The notes under the pieces: model-generated
The model's database searches: none
Told to the model about the DNA's origin: nothing
The model's input: only the letters and a program-made list of their open reading frames with translations
Shown here: positions 50,667 through 61,094 of the stretch, in pieces
How the letters are laid out: every line of letters begins with the position of its first letter
Numbering within the stretch: the stretch's first letter is position 1
From: Promethearchaeota archaeon
GTDB taxonomy: Archaea > Asgardarchaeota > Lokiarchaeia > Sigyniarchaeales > SOKP01
Assembly (NCBI GenBank): GCA_048940645.1
Contig: JBHLOI010000001.1
Span: 103,636 to 167,635 of the forward strand
Reading direction: 5' to 3'
Length of the DNA stretch: 64,000 nt
Position numbers and translations under genes: made by a program

Positions 50667-50742
50667 TAAAAATTAATAGTTTTTTTCAAAGAATATTAAA
50701 TTATAATTAAAGAAATAGTAGAAAAATCGAACTTATTAAATA

Positions 50743-51804
50743 ATGAGAGTTGAAATTATTAATAACCCAAAAGAAATTTTAGACTTTTTACAATTGGGCA
50801 TTAATCTTCCAATTTTGCCAAAATTTCATAAATATATCCTAAAAAGTTTTGAGATCTTTAAACCAAATGCAATTCTTATTAAAAAAGAAGAAAGAAAAGA
50901 TTATAAATTATCTAAATCGCCTATAAATAATGTTTTAGGAGTTTGTTTAGTGTTTCGGCATGAGGATATCTTGTTTTTTGGTTTTTTTGGTGCTTATAAT
51001 GATGAACCAAGTTTAATAGAATTGTTAATAAATAATTTATTGAAATATGCTCGAATTAATAATTATAAATATATAAGGGGACCTATAAACGTTCCAGCGA
51101 TTATTTATGGGTACGGATTTTCGTTGGAAACAGGATTTAAAGAGATAGGAGTAAATATTAATAATTTATTTATTGCCTGTCCAAGCAGTCATCCAATCTA
51201 TAATCAAATATTTTTGAAAATGGGGTTCTATGAGAAGTATAAGGAAGATTTTTATTATATGCCAGTAATCAAATTAAATCCATTAAAGTTGAAATATGAT
51301 TATAGCGATTATGAAGTACTTTTTCCTGGAAAAGAGAATATACGGAGTTATATAAATGATATTTTAAAATTACATATTAATAATATGCCAAAGGAATCAT
51401 TAATTACACCAAATTCACCTCAATATGCTAATATTATCATTGATTTTATTTATGATTTTGGAAAACCATGGATGATTTGGTTAGTAAGGTATAGACCGAC
51501 ACAAAAGATTATTGGGACAGCTCATATTGTTCCAAATGTATTCGGCGAAAGAGATAGTAAAGGTAGATATAAAACTGCTTCATTTCAACATGTTGTTGTT
51601 GATAAGGAGCATCAAAGAAGAGGATTAGTGTTATTTCTCTATGGAATGGGATCTTTAAAGGCAACAGATAAAAAGTCTGGAAACAATTTAAAATATGGTT
51701 TGGGAATCGTTGCTTCTAATAATAAGCCCTCTATTGCGTGGGTAACTAAATTGGGAGGGCAACTATTTAAGCGTAGTATTATTTTAGAGTTTAGATTGAA
51801 ATAA
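50743..51804 (+). CDS. YghO/bCerS-like tandem-GNAT N-acyltransferase
   Basis: FFGFFG...D, IRGPIN, VVVDKEHQRRGL (motif A), N..S.....KLGG. Confidence 0.65.
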   Translation: MRVEIINNPKEILDFLQLGINLPILPKFHKYILKSFEIFKPNAILIKKEERKDYKLSKSPINNVLGVCLVFRHEDILFFGFFGAYNDEPSLIELLINNLLKYARINNYKYIRGPINVPAIIYGYGFSLETGFKEIGVNINNLFIACPSSHPIYNQIFLKMGFYEKYKEDFYYMPVIKLNPLKLKYDYSDYEVLFPGKENIRSYINDILKLHINNMPKESLITPNSPQYANIIIDFIYDFGKPWMIWLVRYRPTQKIIGTAHIVPNVFGERDSKGRYKTASFQHVVVDKEHQRRGLVLFLYGMGSLKATDKKSGNNLKYGLGIVASNNKPSIAWVTKLGGQLFKRSIILEFRLK

Positions 51805-51975
51805 TTCCCCAGTACTTTAAGAATTTAGTAAATTATTATAAATTTTAAAATAAGCTCTTAATGGTTAAATAATTTAAATTATATTTGTACAAAAAAAGAT
51901 ATATTTTAGTATAATTACTTTTAATTATATTTTTAATAGAAGAAGAAACGATTAATTAAAGATGATTTTCTAACT

Positions 51976-52695
51976 ATGGTTTTATATCAAATTGAATGGG
52001 CAAGACTCATTCCAATTTTTATTGCTCAACCTCTTTCAGCTGTTTTATTTATTTTTCTAGCCATTAAAACCTTAATAAGAAAAAAGGATCAAGTTTCATT
52101 GAGTTTAGTTGCATTTTACATAATTTCAAGTCTGAGCTTGATCATTAACCTTATTTATATAATATTAACAACATTTATGGATTTTCAAACATTGTTGTAC
52201 TTTCTTTATTTCTTGACAGCTTACCTTTTGATTTTTTCTTCTTTTTTTCTCATAAGTTTTCTAAATTTACTTCTTAATGTTGAGAGTAAATTTAACTCAA
52301 GAAAAAATTTAACGATATTGATAATTTTTGGTATTTCTTGCTTATTGGTTTTGCTCTATCCAGGAGGAATAACATTAGATCCTTCTAATAATTGGAGACC
52401 TATATATAGTTTCGAATTCCTATTAGTCATGTATACATATTTTACTTCAATTGTTTTTATTCCAACGATAGTATTTTCTGTAAAGTTGTATAGAAGATTT
52501 GTAGCAAAAGACTTAAAAAAAAAATTTAGAATGCTCATAATTGGTATCATTGAAATGGTAGCTATTCTGTATGGAACTGTACTTTTTAATACTACTATGA
52601 ACCCAATAATACGATCTATCTGGGGAATACTATCATTAATAATCATAATTAGTTCTGGTATATTAATTTACGTTGGAATTGGGCTTAATCTTTAA
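51976..52695 (+). CDS. Stand-alone 7-TM membrane protein (HisKA_7TM sensor-like)
   Basis: Seven hydrophobic segments, W.P.Y extracellular loop, basic loop before TM6. Confidence 0.65.
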   Translation: MVLYQIEWARLIPIFIAQPLSAVLFIFLAIKTLIRKKDQVSLSLVAFYIISSLSLIINLIYIILTTFMDFQTLLYFLYFLTAYLLIFSSFFLISFLNLLLNVESKFNSRKNLTILIIFGISCLLVLLYPGGITLDPSNNWRPIYSFEFLLVMYTYFTSIVFIPTIVFSVKLYRRFVAKDLKKKFRMLIIGIIEMVAILYGTVLFNTTMNPIIRSIWGILSLIIIISSGILIYVGIGLNL

Positions 52696-52795
52696 ATTTT
52701 ATGATCGAAATATTTTAATTAATTTAATATTAGATGAGAGGTTCATATTTTATTGATAAAATTTACATGATTATTAATATAGGAGAAATTGAAAA

Positions 52796-54385
52796 ATGAA
52801 TAATAATAGACTATTAATGGTTCAATCTTTTCGATCTGAAATACCATATACATATATGTACAAGGGACTCGAGAAATTTCGAAAAATATTAATTAAAGAT
52901 AATCCTGAATTGGAAAAATGGGCTAAAAAAGAATTTTTCCAAATAAAACCTATTTGGCCAGAAAAGCCACACTCTAATGCTTACCAATATGGCACAAATG
53001 TTTCTGGTACTTTTATTGCAAAAAATATTGATACACCCACAACAGTTATGGGGGGAAATTGTACTCCAAACAAAATTTTGAAAGAACTAAAAAAAGCAAA
53101 AAGACAAGGGTTTCCTTATACTCATGTAGGTTTTAGTGTTTTTATAGATTCATATAATAACTTTATGAAATCTGCAGAAGTAGTTAAGGATTTTAATAAA
53201 AAAATTATAACAATTGCAGGAAATGTAGGAGCTTTATTTGAAAAAACTAAAAATTATGTTGATTATGTATGTACTAATGATGGAGTAGCTTTCTTTAGAA
53301 AATTATTAGGAGAAGATATTCACAAACCTTACAATTATTGCTTAATACCATCTAAATTTTTTTTGGACATTTTCGAAATGAGATTAAAATCTGATTTGGT
53401 ATTTCTAACTACAAAATTAGGATGTCCGTATCAATGTGATTTTTGCGGAACATTTCAAATATTTAAAGGCAAATGTACATCACCCTTTATTTCACCTCAA
53501 GATCTTTATCAAGCATTGGTTGATTATCATAATCAACTGAAGAAAGATATAACTATAATGTTTGCAGAACCTACTGCTGTATTTCCGCATAAATGGTGGT
53601 ATGAATTATTTGATTTGTTTCGTGAAGTAGATGCTGATTTTCCTATTATTGCATCAACAACACCATCTTCATTATATAACTTCAATTTTGATAAAATTAG
53701 TAAATCCAGCTTAAGATTTCAAGTAATAAATTTAGGGATCGAAAGTTTTAATAAAAATTATACAAAAAATCCTTCAATTAATGACACAAAACCACTTATA
53801 AAAAAATTATCTGATTATGGTATTGGAACTTTAGCTACATATATTATTGGATTTGACTATCATAATCGTGAAAATATTTGGCAAGAAATTAACCGACTTA
53901 TTGATTTAGAGGCTTCAACATATTCAGTATTAAATCTTAAACCTATACCTAAAACACCAATATGGAATACTTTAAAGAGTCAAGATAGATTATTGGATAT
54001 ACCTTATGATCTATATTATTTACAGGGTTTTCAATCATACTTACATCCTAATTTTAAGCCTGGATTCGAAGATATGCTTCCACTTCTATGCCAAATACAT
54101 GCTCATATTGAAAAAGAGACAAGTTCTATTACATCTAGTTATATTAAATTATTTGAAACTTTGAGTAAAACACGTTCGAATAAAAAATTTGAAAAAAATC
54201 TAAATAAATATAAATATTTCTCTAAAGCATTATATGACTCATGGGAGAGTAATTTAATCCCTTCAGAAAAACAAAAAGAACAATATAATTCTTTTATAGC
54301 GGAAGTCAATAAAATTCCTCTTAATCTTAGATTAATTAAGAAATCTAAACTTTTTAGAAAAGTTATTCAATTATTGATCCATTGA
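52796..54385 (+). CDS. B12-binding-domain radical SAM enzyme
   Basis: HVGFS...TIAGNVGA B12-like domain; GCPYQCDFC; GIES; YIIGFD; P.P.TP.W. Confidence 0.85.
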   Translation: MNNNRLLMVQSFRSEIPYTYMYKGLEKFRKILIKDNPELEKWAKKEFFQIKPIWPEKPHSNAYQYGTNVSGTFIAKNIDTPTTVMGGNCTPNKILKELKKAKRQGFPYTHVGFSVFIDSYNNFMKSAEVVKDFNKKIITIAGNVGALFEKTKNYVDYVCTNDGVAFFRKLLGEDIHKPYNYCLIPSKFFLDIFEMRLKSDLVFLTTKLGCPYQCDFCGTFQIFKGKCTSPFISPQDLYQALVDYHNQLKKDITIMFAEPTAVFPHKWWYELFDLFREVDADFPIIASTTPSSLYNFNFDKISKSSLRFQVINLGIESFNKNYTKNPSINDTKPLIKKLSDYGIGTLATYIIGFDYHNRENIWQEINRLIDLEASTYSVLNLKPIPKTPIWNTLKSQDRLLDIPYDLYYLQGFQSYLHPNFKPGFEDMLPLLCQIHAHIEKETSSITSSYIKLFETLSKTRSNKKFEKNLNKYKYFSKALYDSWESNLIPSEKQKEQYNSFIAEVNKIPLNLRLIKKSKLFRKVIQLLIH

Positions 54386-54402
54386 AATTCAAATAACTTC
54401 TG

Positions 54403-57198
54403 TTAAATTATCGGTAATGAGAAATAAAAGGTACTTCCTTTATTTCTGCCTTCTGATTCTACCCATATTTTACCACCGTGTAATTCCACGATTTCTTTCG
54501 AAATGTATAGCCCTAAACCTGTTCCTTCGATTCCTACATCCCATCCCTGCCCATACCGTTCAATCTTACCAAATTGTGTAAACAATTTCTTCTTCTCGCT
54601 TTCTGTTATACCAATTCCATTATCACTTATAGAAATTATATAAAAACCATCTTTTTCATCAGTTTGAATTTCAATATTCCCTCCTATTGGAGTATATTTT
54701 ATAGCATTTATCAATAAATTAGAAAGAACCTCATAAATTCTCTCTTTATCAAAAATTGTTTCTAAATTTTCATCAATATTCACTTTAATTTTCTGTTTTC
54801 TCAATTTTGCTATACCTTTTAACTGAGCTACCCAATCTTTTATAAGAGCTGATAGATCTTCTTTTGAACGATTTATTTTTAATAATCCTTGATCTAGTTG
54901 GGAGCTCTCTACTATTGCATTAACATAATTTTCAAGACGTTTACTTCCTTCCTTAATTTCCTCTAAAATTGAAACTACTTCCGGATCTAGTTTACTTTTA
55001 TGAAGGTTTAACAAGAGTTCTGTAAATCCTTTAATAGAAATTAGAGGAGTCTTTAACTCATGAGAAGTCCTTGATAATAAATTTTGTTTGAATAAAACTT
55101 GTTCTTCAAGGTGCTGTAGGGCTTCCCATCTTCGCTTTTCAATTTCAATTGCATCGCTAATTAAGAATAACACTAATTTATCTTGATTAGTAAGAATAGG
55201 ATTGTTTTGATATAAAACACAGAGAGCATCATCAAATGATTCTCCCGATTTAATTAATTTTCCATAACTAGCTTTAATTTTATTTTTTTTAATAATCTCA
55301 TCAGTTTTAGCATATTCAGTTTCATCTATACTATAGTAAGTTTGAGGGAAATCATGTTTTTCCTTAAATAAATCAAGAATAAAAGAATTGCCTTTAAAAT
55401 CTCCTAAATTATATAAATATGTATCTCCTAAAGATGAAATAACTCTATATTTAATTCCTTCCGTATTTTGAATTTTCCTAAGATACAAAGCCAATTTGCC
55501 ATTGAGTAGTTTATTACTTGTTTTAAGTAATGAAATTATATTCTGTTGAATATCAGTGGAGAAACTAAGAAAATCTATATTTAGTTCATAAATTAATTTT
55601 TCATACATTTTTTTTTCTGATACATCTTCTAACCACATCCGGAAACTGATTAAATTGCCTTTTTCATCATATTGATTAGTTCTATTACCTTGTAACCATT
55701 TTATTTTTTTATCCTTAGTCTTAATTCTGAATTCTAAATCCTTATCCTCAGAGGATCTAAATAATTTCTTCACATCATCCGGATGGATTATTTTATCCAA
55801 CAAATCTTGATTTACAGTTTCAATTGTCTCATATCCTATGATCTCTAATAATTTGGGATTAATATAGGAAATATTTCGGTTTATTAAATCAATTTCTAAA
55901 ATTCCTACCGTAGAGGTTTCTAATAGATCACGATATTTTGCTTCTGTTTCTTTCTTATCTGTTATATCTTGAGCAATTGCTTGGAAATAAGTTTTTTCCC
56001 CAAATTTAATCAAGGTTAATTCTGCTTTTACCCAAGCCTTCTTTCCATCTTTTCTATAGACTTGAAGATCAGTTGGTTCAATTTCTTCTCCTTTGTATAA
56101 TTTAAGAAATTTTTTATTCATAATAGAAAAGATTTCAGGAGGATAGAGTGGAAGTTCTTCATAGGATCTTCCAATTATCTCCTCTTTTGTATATCCAAAT
56201 AGCTTTTCGGTAGTAGAATTAATATCAATGATTATTCCCTTTATATTAAAAACTAAGATTGAATAGGGTGAACTTTCAATTAGATGACGATATTTTTCTT
56301 CTGATTCTTTCAGTTTATGCTCTGCTAGAATTCTTTCCGTCACATCTTCAGATGTAACTAAAATTCCAACAACCATTCCTTCGGAATCATATAAAGGAAT
56401 TCTATTTATATCTAACCAAACTTCTTTTCCATCCTTTAAAATCCAAGAATTAACAACATGAAATTCAGGTTTTTCGGATTTTATAATCTCTTTTTCGCGA
56501 GTTTGAAGTTCTCTTATCTCTTTCGGTGTCCAAGGAAGATCCTCATCTCTTTTATTAATTATATTCTCAGGATTATCAATTCCAACCAACTTAGCATAAT
56601 TATCGTTACATCCTTGATAATTTAGATCTGTATCTTTCCAAAAAATATATTGAGGGATGTTCTCCATTACCATTTCCAGCATTTCATAGGAACTCTGGAG
56701 AGCTTCTTCATACTTTTTTGGATTAAAAAGCTTCCAAAATCTTATCTCTGGAATAGTTTCTGTGATCTTTTTGAATCGTTCCTCATTAATTCGTAATTTA
56801 TCTTCTAATGTTTTTCTTCTTGAGATATCCTTCAAAATGACAAAATATTTTTTAGAATTGTCTTCTAACTTAAACTTTTTTGACTTTATTTCGACCCATA
56901 CTGGCATTCCTTTTGAGTTTTTAACTTTAATCTCTTGAATTCGATCAGGAAATTCAACCCCTTTTTTTAAGACTCTTATAGCTTTTTTAATATCCTCTGG
57001 AGGGATAATACTGAGAAATGGTTCTCCTATTAAGTCAACAGAAGAGTATCCTAATTTATATAAAAAAGTGCAGTTATTAACATACTCTAATCTTAGTTCA
57101 TCTGATGTCTCGACAATGAATATCAAATCATCTACCGTATCCATAAAAAGCTGTAGTTGCGTTTCAAGATTTTCAATGTCTTTCTCATCAATGATCAT
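54403..57198 (-). CDS. Multi-PAS cytoplasmic sensor histidine kinase
   Basis: Four PAS/PAC repeats, H-box SHELKTPL, NLLINAIKYT, DNGIG, GTGLGL. Confidence 0.93.
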   Translation of the reverse strand: MIIDEKDIENLETQLQLFMDTVDDLIFIVETSDELRLEYVNNCTFLYKLGYSSVDLIGEPFLSIIPPEDIKKAIRVLKKGVEFPDRIQEIKVKNSKGMPVWVEIKSKKFKLEDNSKKYFVILKDISRRKTLEDKLRINEERFKKITETIPEIRFWKLFNPKKYEEALQSSYEMLEMVMENIPQYIFWKDTDLNYQGCNDNYAKLVGIDNPENIINKRDEDLPWTPKEIRELQTREKEIIKSEKPEFHVVNSWILKDGKEVWLDINRIPLYDSEGMVVGILVTSEDVTERILAEHKLKESEEKYRHLIESSPYSILVFNIKGIIIDINSTTEKLFGYTKEEIIGRSYEELPLYPPEIFSIMNKKFLKLYKGEEIEPTDLQVYRKDGKKAWVKAELTLIKFGEKTYFQAIAQDITDKKETEAKYRDLLETSTVGILEIDLINRNISYINPKLLEIIGYETIETVNQDLLDKIIHPDDVKKLFRSSEDKDLEFRIKTKDKKIKWLQGNRTNQYDEKGNLISFRMWLEDVSEKKMYEKLIYELNIDFLSFSTDIQQNIISLLKTSNKLLNGKLALYLRKIQNTEGIKYRVISSLGDTYLYNLGDFKGNSFILDLFKEKHDFPQTYYSIDETEYAKTDEIIKKNKIKASYGKLIKSGESFDDALCVLYQNNPILTNQDKLVLFLISDAIEIEKRRWEALQHLEEQVLFKQNLLSRTSHELKTPLISIKGFTELLLNLHKSKLDPEVVSILEEIKEGSKRLENYVNAIVESSQLDQGLLKINRSKEDLSALIKDWVAQLKGIAKLRKQKIKVNIDENLETIFDKERIYEVLSNLLINAIKYTPIGGNIEIQTDEKDGFYIISISDNGIGITESEKKKLFTQFGKIERYGQGWDVGIEGTGLGLYISKEIVELHGGKIWVESEGRNKGSTFYFSLPII

Positions 57199-57358
57199 GA
57201 ATAGTACCTTTGATAACGTAAGTTTTGCTATACTACTCTTCTGTAAATATGATTTTATATACCTCTATAAGTGAAGTAAAGGCACGTCTATTTATATATT
57301 AGCATAATCATTGGATTTTTCGTAATAGTTATATATGCTATTATTATAATTTAGTCTT

Positions 57359-57787
57359 ATGAAACTATTAAGTGATGATTTTCAACACAATGAGTTAATG
57401 GATAAAAAATTTTCTTATCGTGGAGGGAATGTTTCTCCGCATTTAAAATGGGAAGATATTCCAAGTGGAACAAAAAGTATTGCAATTTCGTGTAATGACC
57501 CCGATGCCCCTGTGGGGGACTGGATACATTGGTTTGTACATAGTATTCCCGCCAATACTACTGAAATTCCTCAAGGAGGCCCCATTCCTGGAACTGAAGT
57601 AAAAAATGATTATGGAAAAGTAGGATATGGTGGACCAGCTCCACCTAGCGGCACTCATAGATACTTCTTTAGAATATATGCTCTTGATATGGAAAAGTTA
57701 GAAGGTGTTACCAAAAATAATTTCATGAGTAAAGTTAAAGAGCATACACTAGAATCAGCCGAAATTATTGGCTTATATAAAGCTTAA
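57359..57787 (+). CDS. YbhB/YbcL (PEBP family) protein
   Basis: NVSPHL.W, DPDAP, HW, YGGPAPP.G.HRY.F..YALD. Confidence 0.93.
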   Translation: MKLLSDDFQHNELMDKKFSYRGGNVSPHLKWEDIPSGTKSIAISCNDPDAPVGDWIHWFVHSIPANTTEIPQGGPIPGTEVKNDYGKVGYGGPAPPSGTHRYFFRIYALDMEKLEGVTKNNFMSKVKEHTLESAEIIGLYKA

Positions 57788-57799
57788 AAGATAAAAGTA

Positions 57800-59656
57800 T
57801 TAGATTTTTACCCATTCGATGTCTAATTCTTCAAGCTTCACTTTAGTTGGTATGCCATCTTCATCCCATCCCATCATTTTGTAATATATATCTCTTGCTT
57901 TCTTAAATTTTTCTGGATTTATTGGTTTTTCTGCTAATGCACCAGTTGTATGTGGTTTAAAAAATCTTTCTGGTAACCAATCATCGTTTTTATTGAATCC
58001 TTCTCGTATATTAAAAGCTCTAGCCATAGTTGTTATTCTCTCTCCATATTTCATTAATTCCCACGTAGATGTATCCCAACCCGTAACAGTCTTCAATAAA
58101 AGATTTTCTTGGTTCATTGTATATGGGCTAAAGAAGCAGAAAAGGAGAGAATTTTCAACCATGCGCCAATTAGTAAAAATTATTACTGATTTGACTTTTT
58201 TAGCACTTAAATCATCTAAAGCAAGTGCGTCGAATATATTAAAAGAGGCGAAATTTTTTATTCGTTCTTTGTTAACTATTGCTGTATCATGTAGATTAGC
58301 CATATGTTCAGCCCCAGTTGGTGATAGAGCATAACCAATACCCATTCCTAGCTTTAAACGTGGTTCATGCATAGGTACTTCTTGACCTTTTACATGGATT
58401 GCTAACTTTTGGGAATTTTTTCCTATCTTCTCAGCAGCTCTTTTAACACCTTCAGCAAGAATATCACCTAGTCCTTCACGATTTACAATCCTTTCTAATA
58501 ATGATAGCATTCCTTGGCTATTTCCAAAATTCAGTTTCAATCCATTAGTATCTTTGTCAGTTAATATTTTATTTTCATAACATTCCATTGCAAAACTAAT
58601 AGCTACTCCTGCTGAAATCGTATCTAATGAACTTTTATTACAAATTTCGCTTGCTTTAGATATTGCTATTATATCATTTATACCGCAATTAGAGCCAAAT
58701 GCAGCGATTGTTTCATATTCTGGACCCCCATATAAAGGATCAATATTAATTGGGTCAGAAATATTCACAACTTTTTTACATCGAATGGGGCAAGCATAAC
58801 ATGTATCTCTACCTAAATTGATTTTATTACTAATAATAGCAGGATCAATTTCTTTTGCGTTTTTAAAATCTCCATCCCTAAAATTTCTCGTTGGAAGATT
58901 ACCTGATAATGCAAATTCTTCCATTCGATTTCCTCCAGTTCCAAAAGCAAAAAAATTACTATAACCTTTAATTGTTTCATAACTCTCTTTTAAAATTGCC
59001 CGTAACTTTTCTTTATTATTTACTTTTGGTTTATTATGTCCTCTAACAGCTATCGCCTTCAAATTTTTTGATCCCATAACAGCTCCCATTCCTGTTCTTC
59101 CTGCAGCATTTCTATAATCATTAATGACACAAGCATATTTTACTAAATTTTCAGCAGCAACACCAATACAAGCTACACGGAAATATTTATCATCCAGTTC
59201 TCGAATAATATCTTTTTGTGTATCTCCTGTAGTTTTTCCCCATAAGTTATTGGCATCTCTAATTTCAATTTTCTCATCTTGGATGGAGAGATATACTGGT
59301 TTATTAGCTTTTCCTTCAACTATCACCGCATCAAATCCAGCATGTTTCAACTCAGCTCCCCAATATCCACCTACTTCAGATTCTCCAAATCCGCCAGTCA
59401 ATGGCGATTTTGCACCTATACTATTTCTTCCTGTACAAGGGATACTAGTTCCAGTTAAAGGACCATTAGCAAAAATTAATTTGTTTTTATAGTCAAGGGG
59501 ATTTACGCCCTTAGGCACCTCTTTAAGAAGATAATAGGCGATAAATCCCTCTCCTCCTATATATTTCCTATAAAAGATTTCATCAGGATGTTCGATTGAG
59601 ACTTTATCATTTGAAAGATTAACCCTTAAAATATTCCCACTATAGCCTAATTCCAT
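57800..59656 (-). CDS. aor: Tungsten aldehyde:ferredoxin oxidoreductase
   Basis: KSPLTG, AGRTGMGAVMGSKNLKA, CYACPIRC, GPEYET, DTISAG. Confidence 0.93.
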   Translation of the reverse strand: MELGYSGNILRVNLSNDKVSIEHPDEIFYRKYIGGEGFIAYYLLKEVPKGVNPLDYKNKLIFANGPLTGTSIPCTGRNSIGAKSPLTGGFGESEVGGYWGAELKHAGFDAVIVEGKANKPVYLSIQDEKIEIRDANNLWGKTTGDTQKDIIRELDDKYFRVACIGVAAENLVKYACVINDYRNAAGRTGMGAVMGSKNLKAIAVRGHNKPKVNNKEKLRAILKESYETIKGYSNFFAFGTGGNRMEEFALSGNLPTRNFRDGDFKNAKEIDPAIISNKINLGRDTCYACPIRCKKVVNISDPINIDPLYGGPEYETIAAFGSNCGINDIIAISKASEICNKSSLDTISAGVAISFAMECYENKILTDKDTNGLKLNFGNSQGMLSLLERIVNREGLGDILAEGVKRAAEKIGKNSQKLAIHVKGQEVPMHEPRLKLGMGIGYALSPTGAEHMANLHDTAIVNKERIKNFASFNIFDALALDDLSAKKVKSVIIFTNWRMVENSLLFCFFSPYTMNQENLLLKTVTGWDTSTWELMKYGERITTMARAFNIREGFNKNDDWLPERFFKPHTTGALAEKPINPEKFKKARDIYYKMMGWDEDGIPTKVKLEELDIEWVKI

Positions 59657-59807
59657 ATTTTTACCACATATCTTTTTAGAAATAATATCCTTATTGGATA
59701 TTTAATATTACAATTAAAATATTTTTATTCAAATTATAGATTATAAAAATGAACTTCAAGTATAGTTCATATAAAATATGAATAACATGTTTTCTATTTT
59801 TAAATCT

Positions 59808-60977
59808 TCATATTTTTAATGTTTTGAGTATTTTAATCACTTTTTTAATATCATCTTCATTATTGTAGTAATTAAAGGCGAATCTAAGAAGAGTTTCCTT
59901 TTGTAAATCAGGATATCTCTTTAAAGTAACATATATATTGTTTTTGATAAAGGAATTGTATATTTCCTCAGCACTATCATGTTGAATAGTAATTATTCCC
60001 GATCTAAATTCAGGATTTAAAGGTGTTATAATCTTTATGTTAAATCCTTTTATCTCTTCTATGAAAATATTTGTCAAATGAATTATTCGTTCTTGAATTC
60101 TTTTAATCCCAGTTTTTATATTTCCATTTCCAATCTGAGTTTTAATTAAATCCAAACTACCTTTTAAAGATAAAAGAGCTGCAAAATTTGGACATCCCCC
60201 AAAAGTATCCATATATTTTGTTTTATTTATAATTTTAAAATTTTCATTGTTAAGAGCAAAAGGGTCTTCAACACTCAACCAACTTGAAAAAGGAATTTCT
60301 TTATCACTAAATAAGTCACTATTTATATATAAAAATCCAGCTCCATAACCACATGCTCCCCATTTTAAAGCATTACTAACAAGTATGTTTATATTTTGTT
60401 TTTTTACATCGATTTGAAATGAACAAAAGGACTGCGTAGCGTTGATTATATTCAAAAGTTTAAAATTTTTACAGAATTCTCCTAATTCTTCAAGATTTTG
60501 TCTAAAACCTGTAAGCGATTGTACATGGCTGTGTATTATATATTTAGTGTTATCTGATAAGCTACTTTTAAAATCTTCAATAACATACCGATGATTCTCA
60601 TCCTCTATTCTTTTATTAGGAAAACCTAATCGTTTGAATATATGAATAGATGCCGGAAATTCAATTGAAGGATATAAGATCTCACTTTTTTTTAAAAATC
60701 TAGCGACAATATTCATTCCTGAAGAGGTGTTTGGTAAAAAAGCTATTTCATCTGCTTTAGCATTAATATATGCTGCAATATTTTCTCTTAATTTTTCTAT
60801 TTTTTCGCAAAATGTATCAAAGTGAATATCTCCATAATATAACATATCCCTGAAATAATTTATACCATTATTATATGCTGCTTCACTTAAAGGAGATGCG
60901 GACCCAGCCATAATATATGTAAGGTTTTTCAGAGCTGGAAATTGTGTTATTCTAATGTTCTCCCAATCAATAGTCAT
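59808..60977 (-). CDS. Class-V PLP-dependent aminotransferase / cysteine-cystine lyase-like protein
   Basis: NTSSG, EFP, SHVQ..TG, NATQS, ALKW (PLP lysine), RSGI, LRF.F.YYN...D. Confidence 0.8.
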   Translation of the reverse strand: MTIDWENIRITQFPALKNLTYIMAGSASPLSEAAYNNGINYFRDMLYYGDIHFDTFCEKIEKLRENIAAYINAKADEIAFLPNTSSGMNIVARFLKKSEILYPSIEFPASIHIFKRLGFPNKRIEDENHRYVIEDFKSSLSDNTKYIIHSHVQSLTGFRQNLEELGEFCKNFKLLNIINATQSFCSFQIDVKKQNINILVSNALKWGACGYGAGFLYINSDLFSDKEIPFSSWLSVEDPFALNNENFKIINKTKYMDTFGGCPNFAALLSLKGSLDLIKTQIGNGNIKTGIKRIQERIIHLTNIFIEEIKGFNIKIITPLNPEFRSGIITIQHDSAEEIYNSFIKNNIYVTLKRYPDLQKETLLRFAFNYYNNEDDIKKVIKILKTLKI

Positions 60978-61094
60978 ATAATTAACACTTCCTATTTATT
61001 TATGAACTATAACCAAAAATTATATGATTATATAGTCCTAGTTCTTTAATAAGTATAAATAATATTTTCCAAAAAAGATTTAAAATGATCAATT

